The notes beneath the pieces were generated by a model, which made no database searches, had not been told where the DNA came from, and worked only from the letters and a program-made list of their open reading frames with translations. A stretch of 62,816 nt of DNA, filler included, from Octopus bimaculoides (lineage: Eukaryota), in NCBI RefSeq assembly GCF_001194135.2. It is 4 parts of 4 records of this genome, joined end to end, with 100 filler letters (N's around TTAATTAATTAA, not from the genome) between each part and the next. Parts side by side here need not be neighbours in the genome. Positions count along the whole stretch, not along the records: positions 18,748 to 37,758 come from NC_068986.1; positions 37,859 to 60,848 come from NC_068988.1; 2 more parts are not named here. The stretch is one strand, 5' to 3'. Position numbers and translations under genes: made by a program. Below, one piece after another: positions 25,235 to 38,215 of the stretch. Position 1 is the first letter of the stretch; every line of letters begins with the position of its first letter.

Positions 25235-26904
25235 TATATNNNNNNNNNNNNNNNNNNNNNNNNNNNNNNNNNNNNNNNNNNNNNNNNNNNNNNNNNNNNN
25301 NNNNNNNNNNNNNNNNNNNNNNNNNNNNNNNNNNNNNNNNNNNNNNNNNNNNNNNNNNNNNNNNNNNNNNNNNNNNNNNNNNNNNNNNNNNNNNNNNNNN
25401 NNNNNNNNNNNNNNNNNNNNNNNNNNNNNNNNNNNNNNNNNNNNNNNNNNNNNNNNNNNNNNNNNNNNNNNNNNNNNNNNNNNNNNNNNNNNNNNNNNNN
25501 NNNNNNNNNNNNNNNNNNNNNNNNNNNNNNNNNNNNNNNNNNNNNNNNNNNNNNNNNNNNNNNNNNNNNNNNNNNNNNNNNNNNNNNNNNNNNNNNNNNN
25601 NNNNNNNNNNNNNNNNNNNNNNNNNNNNNNNNNNNNNNNNNNNNNNNNNNNNNNNNNNNNNNNNNNNNNNNNNNNNNNNNNNNNNNNNNNNNNNNNNNNN
25701 NNNNNNNNNNNNNNNNNNNNNNNNNNNNNNNNNNNNNNNNNNNNNNNNNNNNNNNNNNNNNNNNNNNNNNNNNNNNNNNNNNNNNNNNNNNNNNNNNNNN
25801 NNNNNNNNNNNNNNNNNNNNNNNNNNNNNNNNNNNNNNNNNNNNNNNNNNNNNNNNNNNNNNNNNNNNNNNNNNNNNNNNNNNNNNNNNNNNNNNNNNNN
25901 NNNNNNNNNNNNNNNNNNNNNNNNNNNNNNNNNNNNNNNNNNNNNNNNNNNNNNNNNNNNNNNNNNNNNNNNNNNNNNNNNNNNNNNNNNNNNNNNNNNN
26001 ATATATATATATATATATATATATATACGGATGTTACTGTTGTTTTAGCCCTAGGAAAACATCTTTTCCACCTGACTATCGACTCAGTTTGTGTTCGTAT
26101 AGCATTTGTAAGGAAGGTTAACGCTCCCATCTCTAGCCTTATGTGATACTCACAGACCTAGGTTTCTGTACAGTTACCCGTTTTCAGTGTGAGACAACCA
26201 CAAGCTAGCGACGGAAGCTTGCAAATACTATATACGCATAAATATACGTACGTACATACATACATATATATATGCAGGCATTGCATTTGTATGTGTGTAA
26301 CCACACACACATACACACACACACACACACACACATGTAGACAGACAGACAGACAGACAGGCAGACAGGCAGACAGACAGACAGACAGACTGACTGATTG
26401 ACTGACTGATTGATTGATTGATTGATTGATTGATTATGGTTGTGACTCAATTTCGAACAGTGCCATCGCTTGATTATTTCCCTAATCATGAATGATGCTT
26501 TTTAGCTCAGCTATGGAGTTACACAGTTTTGCACAGACGTGGCAACGATGACCACTTCTTGTAGCAGATGTTCAGAAAGCTTACCACCCACACAGACACG
26601 TGTCTTGACGCCTTCATGGAATTTTCATTAAGTGTTTTGCCTTTTTCGGCTACGGCCAGCTATAATATTCAACGCATAACAGATATGTTAAAAGCCAAGT
26701 GATGCCAATACCCGAAGATTTTTAAAGTGAAGAAATGTATAGGGCAGGACCAATCCACTCTCTAAACAATTTATGTCCGAATAGAATATCTATTCTACAT
26801 CATTGAACGCAGACGTAATTACAGGTGTAACATCAGAGAAATGTCGAAACGAACAGCAGGAGTTCTTTCGCTTTCAGCTGTTAGATGACTGTTGGCACTA
26901 TTGT

Positions 26905-27911
26905 GTCTGTCCGGAGGTTGCAGTCTGGGGAATGTTAGGTGACCAGAGGTTAGGGGTGATATTGTCGCAGAAATTGTCTGACAGCCATGACTGGGTTGTC
27001 TTACTTGTATGACATGGTACAGGGTCCTGTTGCCAGACATAGGGTCTTCCAGCAGCCACTCTCTTGACCCAGGGCAGCACTACTTTCACCAGGCGCTTGA
27101 TGTAGGCCTCCGTGTTGAGCTTGAGGCCGTGTGGGAAGATGAATGGCGGCATAACGTCACCATCAATAATGATCACTCCAAATACCATGATGTTGACTGG
27201 ATGTTTGATTTTTATCACTCTCAGTATATGTTTTGAGGACACGGCAAGCCAACGGTTGTTGTGTGTTCACCATTTGATCCTGGCAGAAATTTTTCTCGTC
27301 TAAGAAAACCCAAAGCATGTTCGGTTGGAGGGGATGCTTGATTTCGTTCAAAAGCTTTGTAGCGCTGTCTTTCCTCTTGCTCTTGATGGCTTGGGTTAAA
27401 ACTTGGCCCTTTCTCATCTTGTATGAGGAATACTGAATGTCTTCATGCACTACCTGCTTGATTAGAAACTCAGATACTTCCATGTTCCTAGCTATGGACC
27501 TGATTGACTTGTGGGGAGGGGGTCGCTGTCAGTCATGGCTTGGATCTCACTAACAAATTCAGGAGTTCTTTTCTCATCAGAACAATCAGAGTAAATTTTT
27601 CGTGTTGCCGCACCTTCGTAATCACTATTAGACTCTTCCAATTCTTTCTGCATCCTCTGCACTGCCCTCAGATTTACACCCAAACACTCTGAAATGTTCG
27701 TATTGGAGCCTCCGGCGCGAATGCCAAGCAGTACTGCATGTCATTTCTAAATTTCTGGCACAGTGAATTGCGCCATAATGCTGCTTTTCTTACAGACGGT
27801 GCCCAACTGACTCTTCTATTGTGTATAGTCGACAACATCAAAAGTAAACAATTTGCGCAAGCGCGAAATAAAAAAGATATAAAATAGCGACAATTTACCC
27901 ATCGCACCCTG
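26905..27911 (-). mobile_element. maT-like (DD37D) Tc1/mariner transposon, 3'-truncated and frameshifted
   Basis: Minus-strand KRTPEF..., WVFLDEKNFCQDQ, KHPVNIMVFGVI..DGDVMPPFIF, PYVWQQDPVPCHTSKTTQSWL...LWSPN(S)PDCN; terminal cagggtgcgatgggtaaattgtcgct after TA. The copy diverges just before the third catalytic D, so DD37D spacing is inferred. Confidence 0.8.
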
Positions 27912-27923
27912 TATTTATTTACA

Positions 27924-28440
27924 TCTATTACATATGCGGAAAATCGGTGTATGTTTGTTTGTGGCGTTGTTAGCTAACTCCTCCTACATCATTTTATTGA
28001 TTTTTATGAAACTTGACACGTGAGTAGAACTTATGTCTGGAAACCTCGTGACATACATAGATTGTTGAAAAAAATCGATAATACGGCCCCCGAAAGGGAA
28101 CTTTATATCTACCTCATATAAATATCTTTTTAAAACACCCAAGGGAAATAACCCATAGCACCTGCACAACATTTTTTAAACACCCAAGGGAATTAACCCA
28201 TTTCATTGTTTATGTACGATTACTTTGAATATTGATTTTTTGTGTATCCAGTTTCTAATTTTTGCAGACAATATCACTTTATTTGTCACGTGAGTAGAAC
28301 TCATTTCTGGAAACCTCGTGACATACTTAGATTGTTGAAAAAAATCGATAATAGGGCCCCTCCAATGGATCTTTCTACATTTTACTAATATTTTATTTAA
28401 ACAACCCAAGAGAAATAACCCATATCACCTGCAGATTTTA
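27924..28440 (+). mobile_element. Probable non-autonomous Helitron-like repeat with an internal tandem duplication
   Basis: Starts A|TCtattacatat...gtatgtttgtttgt...aactcctcc...gatttttatgaaacttgacac, resembling 5' ends of animal non-autonomous Helitrons; unit cacgtgagtagaac...acccaag.gaaataacccat repeated at about 28017 and 28287; no clear 3' CTRR found. Confidence 0.5.
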
Positions 28441-28844
28441 GCGAAGCAATCAATATTTTTGATTCTCACGATCAGTCGACCTAATTCTGCATTTCACTAC
28501 TCAGTTTTGAACTGCTAAACATTATTATTGCACTTCCTTAATTTGAATCTTAAACCTTAAAGACTTCATTCATACATTTCTATACATACATACTTTTTCG
28601 AATGCCCATTACTCCGATAATTCTGCATTTTTACAGTTACACTTTTTCTATGACAGTAGATATTTTTTTTATTCCACAACGTATTTGTAGTAGCTTCATG
28701 CAGGTGTAGCGTGCATTCGATCCTCGATTGCCAAACTTTACTTAATACTTCAGCAGCGCTTTTCTCACGGTAAAACAATAGTCTTTTTCTGTGAATGACA
28801 GCAGTTATACATTTCCCAGATACCTTCGCTAAGCAGAATAATGT

Positions 28845-29010
28845 CTTTGCCACTTGACCCGTCTAACCTCTTCGAGGCCACCACTGGCTGGAATGGAGAT
28901 AACAGACCTCCAACGAAATCATCTGTTCTCAATTATATGTCTATCCTTCTGGCTGCTTTTGGATAGTTATAAAAACAAGAACTCTGTAAGCTGAAGGCAG
29001 TTACTGAGAA
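28845..29010. repeat. Old interspersed repeat, unclassified (copy 2)
   Basis: Homologous to 5180-5345. Confidence 0.6.
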
Positions 29011-30871
29011 CGACCATCAGTGAGTGTGAACGTTATTATTGCACTTTCTTCAAACACTTCATTCATATATTTATAAAACCTCTGTCACCAACCTNNNNNN
29101 NNNNNNNNNNNNNNNNNNNNNNNNNNNNNNNNNNNNNNNNNNNNNNNNNNNNNNNNNNNNNNNNNNNNNNNNNNNNNNNNNNNNNNNNNNNNNNNNNNNN
29201 NNNNNNNNNNNNNNNNNNNNNNNNNNNNNNNNNNNNNNNNNNNNNNNNNNNNNNNNNNNNNNNNNNNNNNNNNNNNNNNNNNNNNNNNNNNNNNNNNNNN
29301 NNNNNNNNNNNNNNNNNNNNNNNNNNNNNNNNNNNNNNNNNNNNNNNNNNNNNNNNNNNNNNNNNNNNNNNNNNNNNNNNNNNNNNNNNNNNNNNNNNNN
29401 NNNNNNNNNNNNNNNNNNNNNNNNNNNNNNNNNNNNNNNNNNNNNNNNNNNNNNNNNNNNNNNNNNNNNNNNNNNNNNNNNNNNNNNNNNNNNNNNNNNN
29501 NNNNNNNNNNNNNNNNNNNNNNNNNNNNNNNNNNNNNNNNNNNNNNNNNNNNNNNNNNNNNNNNNNNNNNNNNNNNNNNNNNNNNNNNNNNNNNNNNNNN
29601 NNNNNNNNNNNNNNNNNNNNNNNNNNNNNNNNNNNNNNNNNNNNNNNNNNNNNNNNNNNNNNNNNNNNNNNNNNNNNNNNNNNNNNNNNNNNNNNNNNNN
29701 NNNNNNNNNNNNNNNNNNNNNNNNNNNNNNNNNNNNNNNNNNNNNNNNNNNNNNNNNNNNNNNNNNNNNNNNNNNNNNNNNNNNNNNNNNNNNNGTGGAG
29801 GTCGATACACTTTGATGATCATAGAACATGAGCGATGCAAAATAAACTACTGAAATATTTTGGGTATAGATTATGTATAATGACTACAAAATACAGTTGT
29901 TTTACATGAAAGCTGTCAGAAACAGCTACATAAATGGTGTAATGAAATTGAAGGAAGACGTTGAAACTTTCCCTCTGCGAGTTTATTTTTTGCAACAGCA
30001 AAGGGAGCTAGTTTTTAGAGAGATAAGCTAACAAAAGCCCCTTTATTTTGTCTTCCCACGTAGCCCGCGCATGAACCGAATGCTGTATGAAGTTAAATTG
30101 GTATGGAGCTTTCTGAAAGATACGTTTAGCTTTCGCTAGTGGAAGCAAAACTCTTATTTAAATGTTGATTCTTTGGGACGAATCATATGTGATTGTTTAA
30201 AAATGGCTCGAACGACAATGCTAAAACGTATTTGAAACAATGGACAACAGGCGAAATATAATGGATGGGTAAATAAGTATCCGTAAAGTGAAACAGCGCA
30301 TTGGTAGGTAAACAAAGGTATCAACAAATAGAAGAGAAGGAAGGGAACGTCACCTTTCAAGTTACTCAGAATAGTTAAAGGTAAGCATGCCACAGTTTAA
30401 TGTAGTTGAAATATGGCGATTATGATTGTTTGGTATTAGATATTCATCGCGTATAGTGTTCTTAGTCAATTTAATCACCGTCGCTGGTGGACAGTGAAAA
30501 TAAATAAATAGACAAAATCCTTTCACTTTTATAAAAAGATTAAAAAGGTATGGAAGACCCTACATACAAATGAACTAATTATATAAATTATTTTATTAAA
30601 ACTACATCAGAGAGAGCAAGGTTCCAGAAAAACTTGTGTCAGCCGGGGACCTCCTTAAACTCGCAAAGAGATGTGTAGTCGATGCCTGTTTCAAAGGAAA
30701 TTTATGTTGAAGACATGGAATTCCCGTTTACCGACTGGGCAAGAGCTGTCGACTATAAGCTGTCCCGTTTTAAATGTAACTGGATCTGATCTAAGAGAGT
30801 CAACTGCACTTCACTTAAATTTAATACCAAGAGAATTTCGTTCCGGAATATGTATGTATGTATGTATGTAT

Positions 30872-30914
<43 letters not shown>

Positions 30915-30915
30915 G

Positions 30916-31124
30916 AAAGGCGACGTGCCAGCAGAATCGTTAGTGCTTAGCGATATTTCGCCCATTGCTACATTCTGAGTTCAAATTTCGCCAACGTCGA
31001 CTTTGCATTTCATCTTTCGGGGTCGATAAACCAAGTATCAGTGAAACACTGGGGTCGAAGTAATCGACTGTCCTCCTCCTCAAAATTTCAGGGATTGTAC
31101 CTATAGCAGAAAAGATTATTATTA

Positions 31125-31182
<58 letters not shown>

Positions 31183-31385
31183 CATTATTATTATCATTAT
31201 TATTATTATTATTAATCGGGCGTTTGGCATTTTGGCCATTGAGTCACGCAGCAATTTCTACCGGTTATTAATAGTCCTTTCTACTATAGACGCAGAGCCT
31301 GAAATTCTACGGGAGGGAGTTGGGGCTTGACTGTTACTTATTTTAACGACTCCGAAGCGCCGAAAGCAAAGTCGACCTCGGCGGA
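30916..31385. mobile_element. Two SINE-B copies tail-to-tail around an (ATT)n microsatellite
   Basis: + copy at 30916-31114 (aaaggcgacgtgccagcagaatcgttag...gagttcaaattt); (ATT)n at 31115-31213; - copy at about 31215-31385. Confidence 0.8.
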
Positions 31386-31685
31386 AGTAATAAAAATGCA
31401 GAAACATATGCTCATTTCTTTTAGTTCTATTTCCCCGCTTTCGTCAACAAACCCTAGGAGGAAGGTGCACGCACGCACATGTCTATTGGTCCAATTTCTG
31501 TCAACTTTTCCGGCTAAAGGATTTTTTTTTTACCGGCAAGCATCCACGTCAGCAGTCACATATTAATTCGTTTCGGTGTAGTCATTTCTGTTCTCCAATC
31601 TTTTAAGCCTCGACTTTTGTTTGGTTACGTGTTAAATTTTTGATGTGTGTTGTTTGAGTGCTTACTTTCACATCGTGTTGCTATA

Positions 31686-31726
<41 letters not shown>

Positions 31727-32465
31727 NNNNNNNNNNNNNNNNNNNNNNNNNNNNNNNNNNNNNNNNNNNNNNNNNNNNNNNNNNNNNNNNNNNNNNNNNN
31801 NNNNNNNNNNNNNNNNNNNNNNNNNNNNNNNNNNNNNNNNNNNNNNNNNNNNNNNNNNNNNNNNNNNNNNNNNNNNNNNNNNNNNNNNNNNNNNNNNNNN
31901 NNNNNNNNNNNNNNNNNNNNNNNNNNNNNNNNNNNNNNNNNNNNNNNNNNNNNNNNNNNNNNNNNNNNNNNNNNNNNNNNNNNNNNNNNNNNNNNNNNNN
32001 NNNNNNNNNNNNNNNNNNNNNNNNNNNNNNNNNNNNNNNNNNNNNNNNNNNNNNNNNNNNNNNNNNNNNNNNNNNNNNNNNNNNNNNNNNNNNNNNNNNN
32101 NNNNNNNNNNNNNNNNNNNNNNNNNNNNNNNNNNNNNNNNNNNNNNNNNNNNNNNNNNNNNNNNNNNNNNNNNNNNNNNNNNNNNNNNNNNNNNNNNNNN
32201 NNNNNNNNNNNNNNNNNNNNNNNNNNNNNNNNNNNNNNNNNNNNNNNNNNNNNNNNNNNNNNNNNNNNNNNNNNNNNNNNNNNNNNNNNNNNNNNNNNNN
32301 NNNNNNNNNNNNNNNNNNNNNNNNNNNNNNNNNNNNNNNNNNNNNNNNNNNNNNNNNNNNNNNNNNNNNNNNNNNNNNNNNNNNNNNNNNNNNNNNNNNN
32401 NNNNNNNNNNNNNNNNNNNNNNNNNNNNNNNNNNNNNNNNNNNNNNNNNNNNNNNNNNNNNNNNN

Positions 32466-32529
<64 letters not shown>

Positions 32530-33050
32530 GAGTGAGAGAGTAGCGCATGCCATCAAAGTGACACTGGGGTACAATTATACGAAGCCCAATATACCCATTA
32601 TGACTACCCGTCTGATATGGGTACACCAAGCACATGCATCACAACCATATGTGCGCGATATGGTGATCTCATATCACAATAAACAGTGCATGATCTTGCA
32701 GGTGGAGTCTAGTTAAAATTCTTTTCAAGATGAGTAGTCCATCCCACTCAAAAGGTCCCTGAATAAGGTTTGTTTAAGGATGATGAACGAAACACCCATG
32801 TTTCCAGAGGTAATTTATTCAAACCTGAAAGAATTCCTTGCAAAACATGCCTATAATGCTCCCCCACTACACCTGCTCGTGATCAGAGATGCACATATTG
32901 TCATCCACAAAGGGACATGCTCAACTGGTTAAGGTCAAGCAACTGACAAGCAAATCTGTGTTATTAAGCAGAATATTTACTGTAGCCCATCTGTAATACC
33001 AGTCAGTTAAGATCAAAAGCCATGCGAGCCACTACCTAGTATTGCATCAG
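32530..33050 (-). mobile_element. Non-coding short retroposon, family D, with (AAT)n tail
   Basis: About 520 bp next to (TAT)n at 32466-32529; a homologous partial copy is at 42971-43140; no ORF or clear A/B boxes. Confidence 0.7.
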
Positions 33051-33191
33051 AAGACAACATACATACATGCATACATACGGGCACATTCTCACACGCACAT
33101 TCATGCACATATCGGTACACATGCACGCGCGCGCCACGCACACACACACACACACATACATACGTTGTTGTTGTTATTATCATTATTATGA

Positions 33192-33438
33192 TCTGAGTTC
33201 ACAATTCCGCTGAGGTCGACTTTGTCTTTCATCCTTTCAAGGTCGATAGGATAACTATAAATTTAACACTGGGGTCGATGTAATCGACTCACCCCCTCCC
33301 ACAAAATTGCTGCCTTTGTGGCATAATTTGAAACCATTATCAACCGGCAGAAGTTTCTGAGTGACTCAAGAGCTGAGAGTTTTATGTATTTTGGCACGTC
33401 GGCCCTTCAGTCACTCAGTAACATCGGCCGATTAAAGA

Positions 33439-33440
<2 letters not shown>
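33192..33440 (+). mobile_element. SINE-B copy with 3' extension
   Basis: ctgagttcacaattccgctgaggtcgactttg...; the extension aaccggcagaagtttctgagtgactcaa matches the reverse complement of 31215-31265. Confidence 0.75.
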
Positions 33441-33480
<40 letters not shown>

Positions 33481-33780
33481 TGCGTGTGACATTCTGACTA
33501 GTTACATGCTGTGTCCAGTAACATATTCCTGTGGCAGTTGGTTATGCTACCGTCGGTTTCGTGCTGAATATTGCCACTAGATAATATTCGAACCGAAACT
33601 ATGGTATTCTGACCTATATAACTTAACCAGTAACGTATTTTTCTGACAATATAAAAATATATTCGTTCTATTACTTACATTGAAAGTGCTTTTATTTCTG
33701 ACTTATGAACAAGTCACTGATAAACATATGCATGTGAGCGTGTGTGTGTGTGAGAGAGAGTGTGTGTGTGNNNNNNNNNN

Positions 33781-33830
<50 letters not shown>

Positions 33831-34623
33831 TGTGTGTGCGTGCGCACGCGCGCGAGCATGTGTGCCGATATGTGCATGAATGTACGTGTAAGAATGTACC
33901 CATATGTATGTATGTATGTATGTATGATGTTGTCTTCTGTTTTTAGCTAATTGAAATCTCTTTGTATAGAACGAGCTGAATTCTAACAATGATACAAAGT
34001 TCCATCTCTGGAATGTAGATAACAAAAACATTGTCATATGTTGAACTTTAAAAAGTATGTTGCATATTCTTACTATTCCGCTTACAGATTATATTTGTAG
34101 TGTGCATATTAACTGATTGATTTGTTTTTCTGAAAACCCCAGCTTCTCCAGATTGTTATTTAATGTTGACTCACAGAACCAACTGCGCCAATTATTATTG
34201 GTATAAATGTGAACTTATGATCTGGGTATAAAAGCTGATGGTTTCAAAACAGTTGTCCGTAGTTATCGTCTCTCTCTCTTTGAAAATCAAAGAGATATTC
34301 ATATCAGCAGAGCAGCTGATCTCTATGAGAGTAGCTACTTTTTCGTGCCGATGTCCCAAACAACGATATCCAGCCTATTATGTTTGCACTTGATAGAAGT
34401 TTTGATAGGAATGTTCCACCAATATTTCTTGAATTAGTGTGGGCGTATGTGTTCAATAACAGGAAGATTCTCTATATGTATCGGTCTTTTTATTCTTTAC
34501 ATTCTTTTTTCGGATGTCGCATTGTGAGGTAGTACTTTAGTGACAGTTATGGACAGTCGCTGAGCACATGTGTGATGTCTTCCACAGAAGACACTTTTAT
34601 TTGTTGGGTATTTGAATATATGT

Positions 34624-34786
34624 AGGCGCAGGCATGGCTGTGTGCTAAGAAACTTGCTTCCCAACCATATGGTTCTGGGTTCAGTCCCACTGCGTGGCAC
34701 CTTGTGCAAGTGTCTCCTACTATAGCCTTGGACCGACCAAAGCCTTTTGAGTGAATTTGGTAGGCGGAAACTAAAAAGTAGCCCAT
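34624..34786 (+). mobile_element. SINE family A, 5' half
   Basis: aggcgcaggcatggctgtgtgctaagaaacttgcttcccaacc...ggttcagtcccactg; ends at the internal microsatellite. Confidence 0.85.
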
Positions 34787-35924
34787 ATGCAAATATATAT
34801 ATATATGGAACAAAAACGCAATAGAGGGCATTAAAACATTCGGACAGAAAGACGATGCAAAGGCTGACAAGAGAAACTACAATTAGAAGGACAGGCAAAA
34901 AAAAGACGGGTCATTCGTGTCTTTCTTTCCTCAGTCAAGTTCCAGAAGTCACGATCATTTCGGGCAGTTACACTTGAGATGGTTCGATCTGGTTGCCCTT
35001 GCCCCTAAAAAGTCTAAACTAAGAGCATTAGACCCCTTTGTAAGAAAGCTAGCGAATGTGTAGGGCAACAAAGACAAAAAACAAACAAACAAAAAAACGG
35101 AGAACATGGTACACAATTACACCTTCAAACAACAAAAAATAACAACAGGTGTTTTTCAACTGGGGACGAATCAAATTGAGTTGGCGTGTGTGAAGTGAAA
35201 GCCTAAAGGCAGGAACATAGGAGATGGACATAAGAGGTGTTGCCGGTCGGTAGTCAGGCTAAGAAAGAAAGATCATGGCTGGCCGGACACCGGTCACAAT
35301 TGAAGGAGAAGAGATGGATAGAGGGCAACGGGATTGAAGGATTTGAAAAAAAAATCAGACACGAATAGAAAGGTACAGGGGAGATAAACGAGCGGGAAAT
35401 AGTGGGAGATGAAGAAAGAGAGGGCCAAAAAATGTGAAAGAGGGGGGAAGAAAAAGGAGGAAAAATGAGAGGAGGAATAGAAAATAGAGTAAGGGTCGTA
35501 CAAAATTTAGATATATATATATATATATATATACATATAAAGGGAGCAATAAGAAAATGGAGGGGAATAATAGGTGGGATTCATCAACTTATAGACATTA
35601 TATTATGTCAATTTATTTATTTACTAAAAGGACAATTATAACAATATACATACATATATGACATAATATGCCTTACATATATAGTATATAAATATAAAAT
35701 ATAAAATATCAGTAATCATTACAATATAGCAATAGAAATTGGGATAATATCTTATAGTTGTTTCAACCAAGAGGCAAAAATACCTCATTCTACCTTTATC
35801 CCTCCTGTGGACTGAAGTAATTAGTAGATGAAATTGAGGTACTTGGGTGTTCTCTATGCTTCGTCAGAGATTTTAGAAAGTACATATATATATATATATA
35901 TATATACATGTATATAATAGCTAT

Positions 35925-36142
35925 GTGTGTGTGTGTCTTTGTGTCTGTACTTGTACCCTTATCATCAGTAGACAACCGGTGTTGGTGTGTTTACGTCTCC
36001 GTAACTTAGCTGTTCAGCAAAAGAAACCAATTGAATAAGTATTAGGCTTTAAAAATTGAGTTATGGGTCGATTTGTTTCGATAAAACCCTTCAATGCAGT
36101 GCTCCAGCATGGCCGCAGTTAAAATGACTGAAACGAGTAAAA
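35925..36142 (+). mobile_element. SINE family A, 3' half
   Basis: gacaaccggtgttggtgtgtttacgtctccgtaacttagc...ccagcatggccgcagt..tgactgaaacgagtaaaa. Confidence 0.85.
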
Positions 36143-37607
36143 ATATGTATGTATGTACAAGCGCTGGCGAACGAAAAGCAAAGTGTAAGGGAGATAACTT
36201 TGTCAACACTTATGCATTGGGAAGAAACGGGAATCTTAAAATCTTATAATTTGTATTTTTGAAAGCGTACATATACCTATAGTCATTTCTAAAAGCGAAT
36301 AAAGGAAGGAATAACGGTCATTCAAACGTTTAATCAGTTACCTACACCAAAACAATAGTCATTTAATATTCAACGAATATGTTACAACACAGCACTTCAC
36401 ACCAAATGCTTTATCCAGACTTATTCAAGAACTCTAAATATTTTTCATTTAAAAATCTTACGTCAGCATTATTCCATATTGAGAGAGATTTTCATTCTCA
36501 AAAGTTGAAGTAAAAAATTTATATTTTTACATTCACATAGGACGTATCGCAAAGTTCATATGTGGAAACGTGGAGTTGCCGAGTGGTATCCAAGAGTTAA
36601 ATGATTTGGGCTAAGATGGAAAGGCGGAGCTCAATCAAGAAAGAATTGGAAGTGTTTTGTGACCAGCGGTGTATAACGACCTCCCATAGTCTGGTCCATA
36701 AAGTGATAAGAGGTGAGCGTCGGCATCTTAATTTAACTACTAAAAATGTATTACGCATTATGAGTATAAACAATAAATACGTCGCTCAAATCTTGCCAGT
36801 GGTGTACTTAATTATTTTTTCTATCTATTCCTTCAGCTACCCACCTCTCTATCTTTATCTCTCTTCCTCTTTCTTTCTTTCAAATTTTAAATCTTAGACG
36901 TTTATTCATGCAGTTCACATCGAAGCTTGCTGGAATATTTACGAAGTTCAAAATACTTATTAATGGAATATAATATTTATATGTGGACAATAATTCCAGT
37001 TATGTTACGTAAATAAGAAATCATGTTGTATGGGTAGAAATACAACAGCTAAGGGTAAAACAAAAGATGGATACTGACACGTGACCTGCGTTCATTCTTT
37101 ATTCTTTTTCTTTTTCTCCTTTCTTTTTCACGCCGAGCGCTGAAGGAACCGGTCGTATTTTCTGTAGTCCCCCACGTCAACCTGTTTTGCTTTCTGCTGT
37201 TCTTCTGTTCTAATCCCTTAGAATTTTTCTATCAGCGTTATCCTTACTTTCGTCTCTAAGGCTATATTCTGTTTATTTATTTCGTTTTTGTCCCTCATCC
37301 GTCCACTAATGGTCTCATCTTGATTCACATTTATTCATGTTCATATCTCTACTTCTGTGTTGCATGTTTATCCATTTATTGTTTGTTCGTTCTCGTTGTT
37401 ATATTTTGGTCCCATTTCCCAATTGCTTCTTCTTGTTGCTGGCGTCACAAGAAGGGAGTCAATATTATCGTTAAAGGTTCGAAATTGCGTTTGACCCTCT
37501 GGCCGATAACTGATGAAGAGTTGGTGACCTGTGTCTGTTTTCCGTTTATTTACATTATTCACAGTATATACATTTGACGGATATTTGTCCTCATCTTGTT
37601 TGTTGTT

Positions 37608-37653
37608 AACACAACGTTTCAGCTGATATACACTCCAGCCTTCATCAGGTGTC
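37608..37653 (-). ncRNA. Minimal type I hammerhead ribozyme motif (copy 1) in a short repeat at about 37565-37740
   Basis: Minus strand: GACAC CUGAUGA A GGCUG GAGUGUAUAU CAGCU GAAA CG UU GUGUU; stem II opens with G.U rather than G-C. Activity is not shown. Confidence 0.65.
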
Positions 37654-37709
37654 TTGGAGAAATTTCGAACCTGGGTTCTCATTTCTAAGGTATTTTTCGA
37701 TGTTTATTA

Positions 37710-37758
<49 letters not shown>

Positions 37759-37859
37759 NNNNNNNNNNNNNNNNNNNNNNNNNNNNNNNNNNNNNNNNNN
37801 NNTTAATTAATTAANNNNNNNNNNNNNNNNNNNNNNNNNNNNNNNNNNNNNNNNNNNNA

Positions 37860-38215
37860 CACAAAACATACAAACACACACAGTCATATATATACATACA
37901 TACGACTATGAATGCATATATATGCATGTATATATTCATATAGAGATGCATATATAAATATATATAAATATATGTATACATACATACGTAGATATGTCTT
38001 CATATAGATATCCATATATACTTGCATATATATATATATACTCACACAGATATATATATGCACATTTACATAAATATCTATATACGTTAATATATGAACA
38101 TATATAAAAATATACATACATATATGTATGCATGTATACATATGTATGTGTGTGTATGCACGTATGAATGTATACATGTGTGTATGTATGTGTGTATGTA
38201 TGTATGTATGTATTT
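37860..38215. repeat. Degenerate (TA)/(TACA)/(TATG) low-complexity tract
   Basis: Directly visible. Confidence 0.9.

Noticed and set aside
32530-33050. Family D mobilised by the Dong element through a shared 3' tail, or derived from an snRNA
   Set aside because: Both end in (AAT)n but I see no sequence similarity between the 3' ends; resemblance of the head to U1/U2 is too weak.
34925-34950. Further hammerhead half-motifs (CTGAGGA here on -, CTGACGA near 35865 on -, CTGATGA near 37510 on +)
   Set aside because: No correctly placed stem II plus GAAA; at most decayed Penelope-like remnants.
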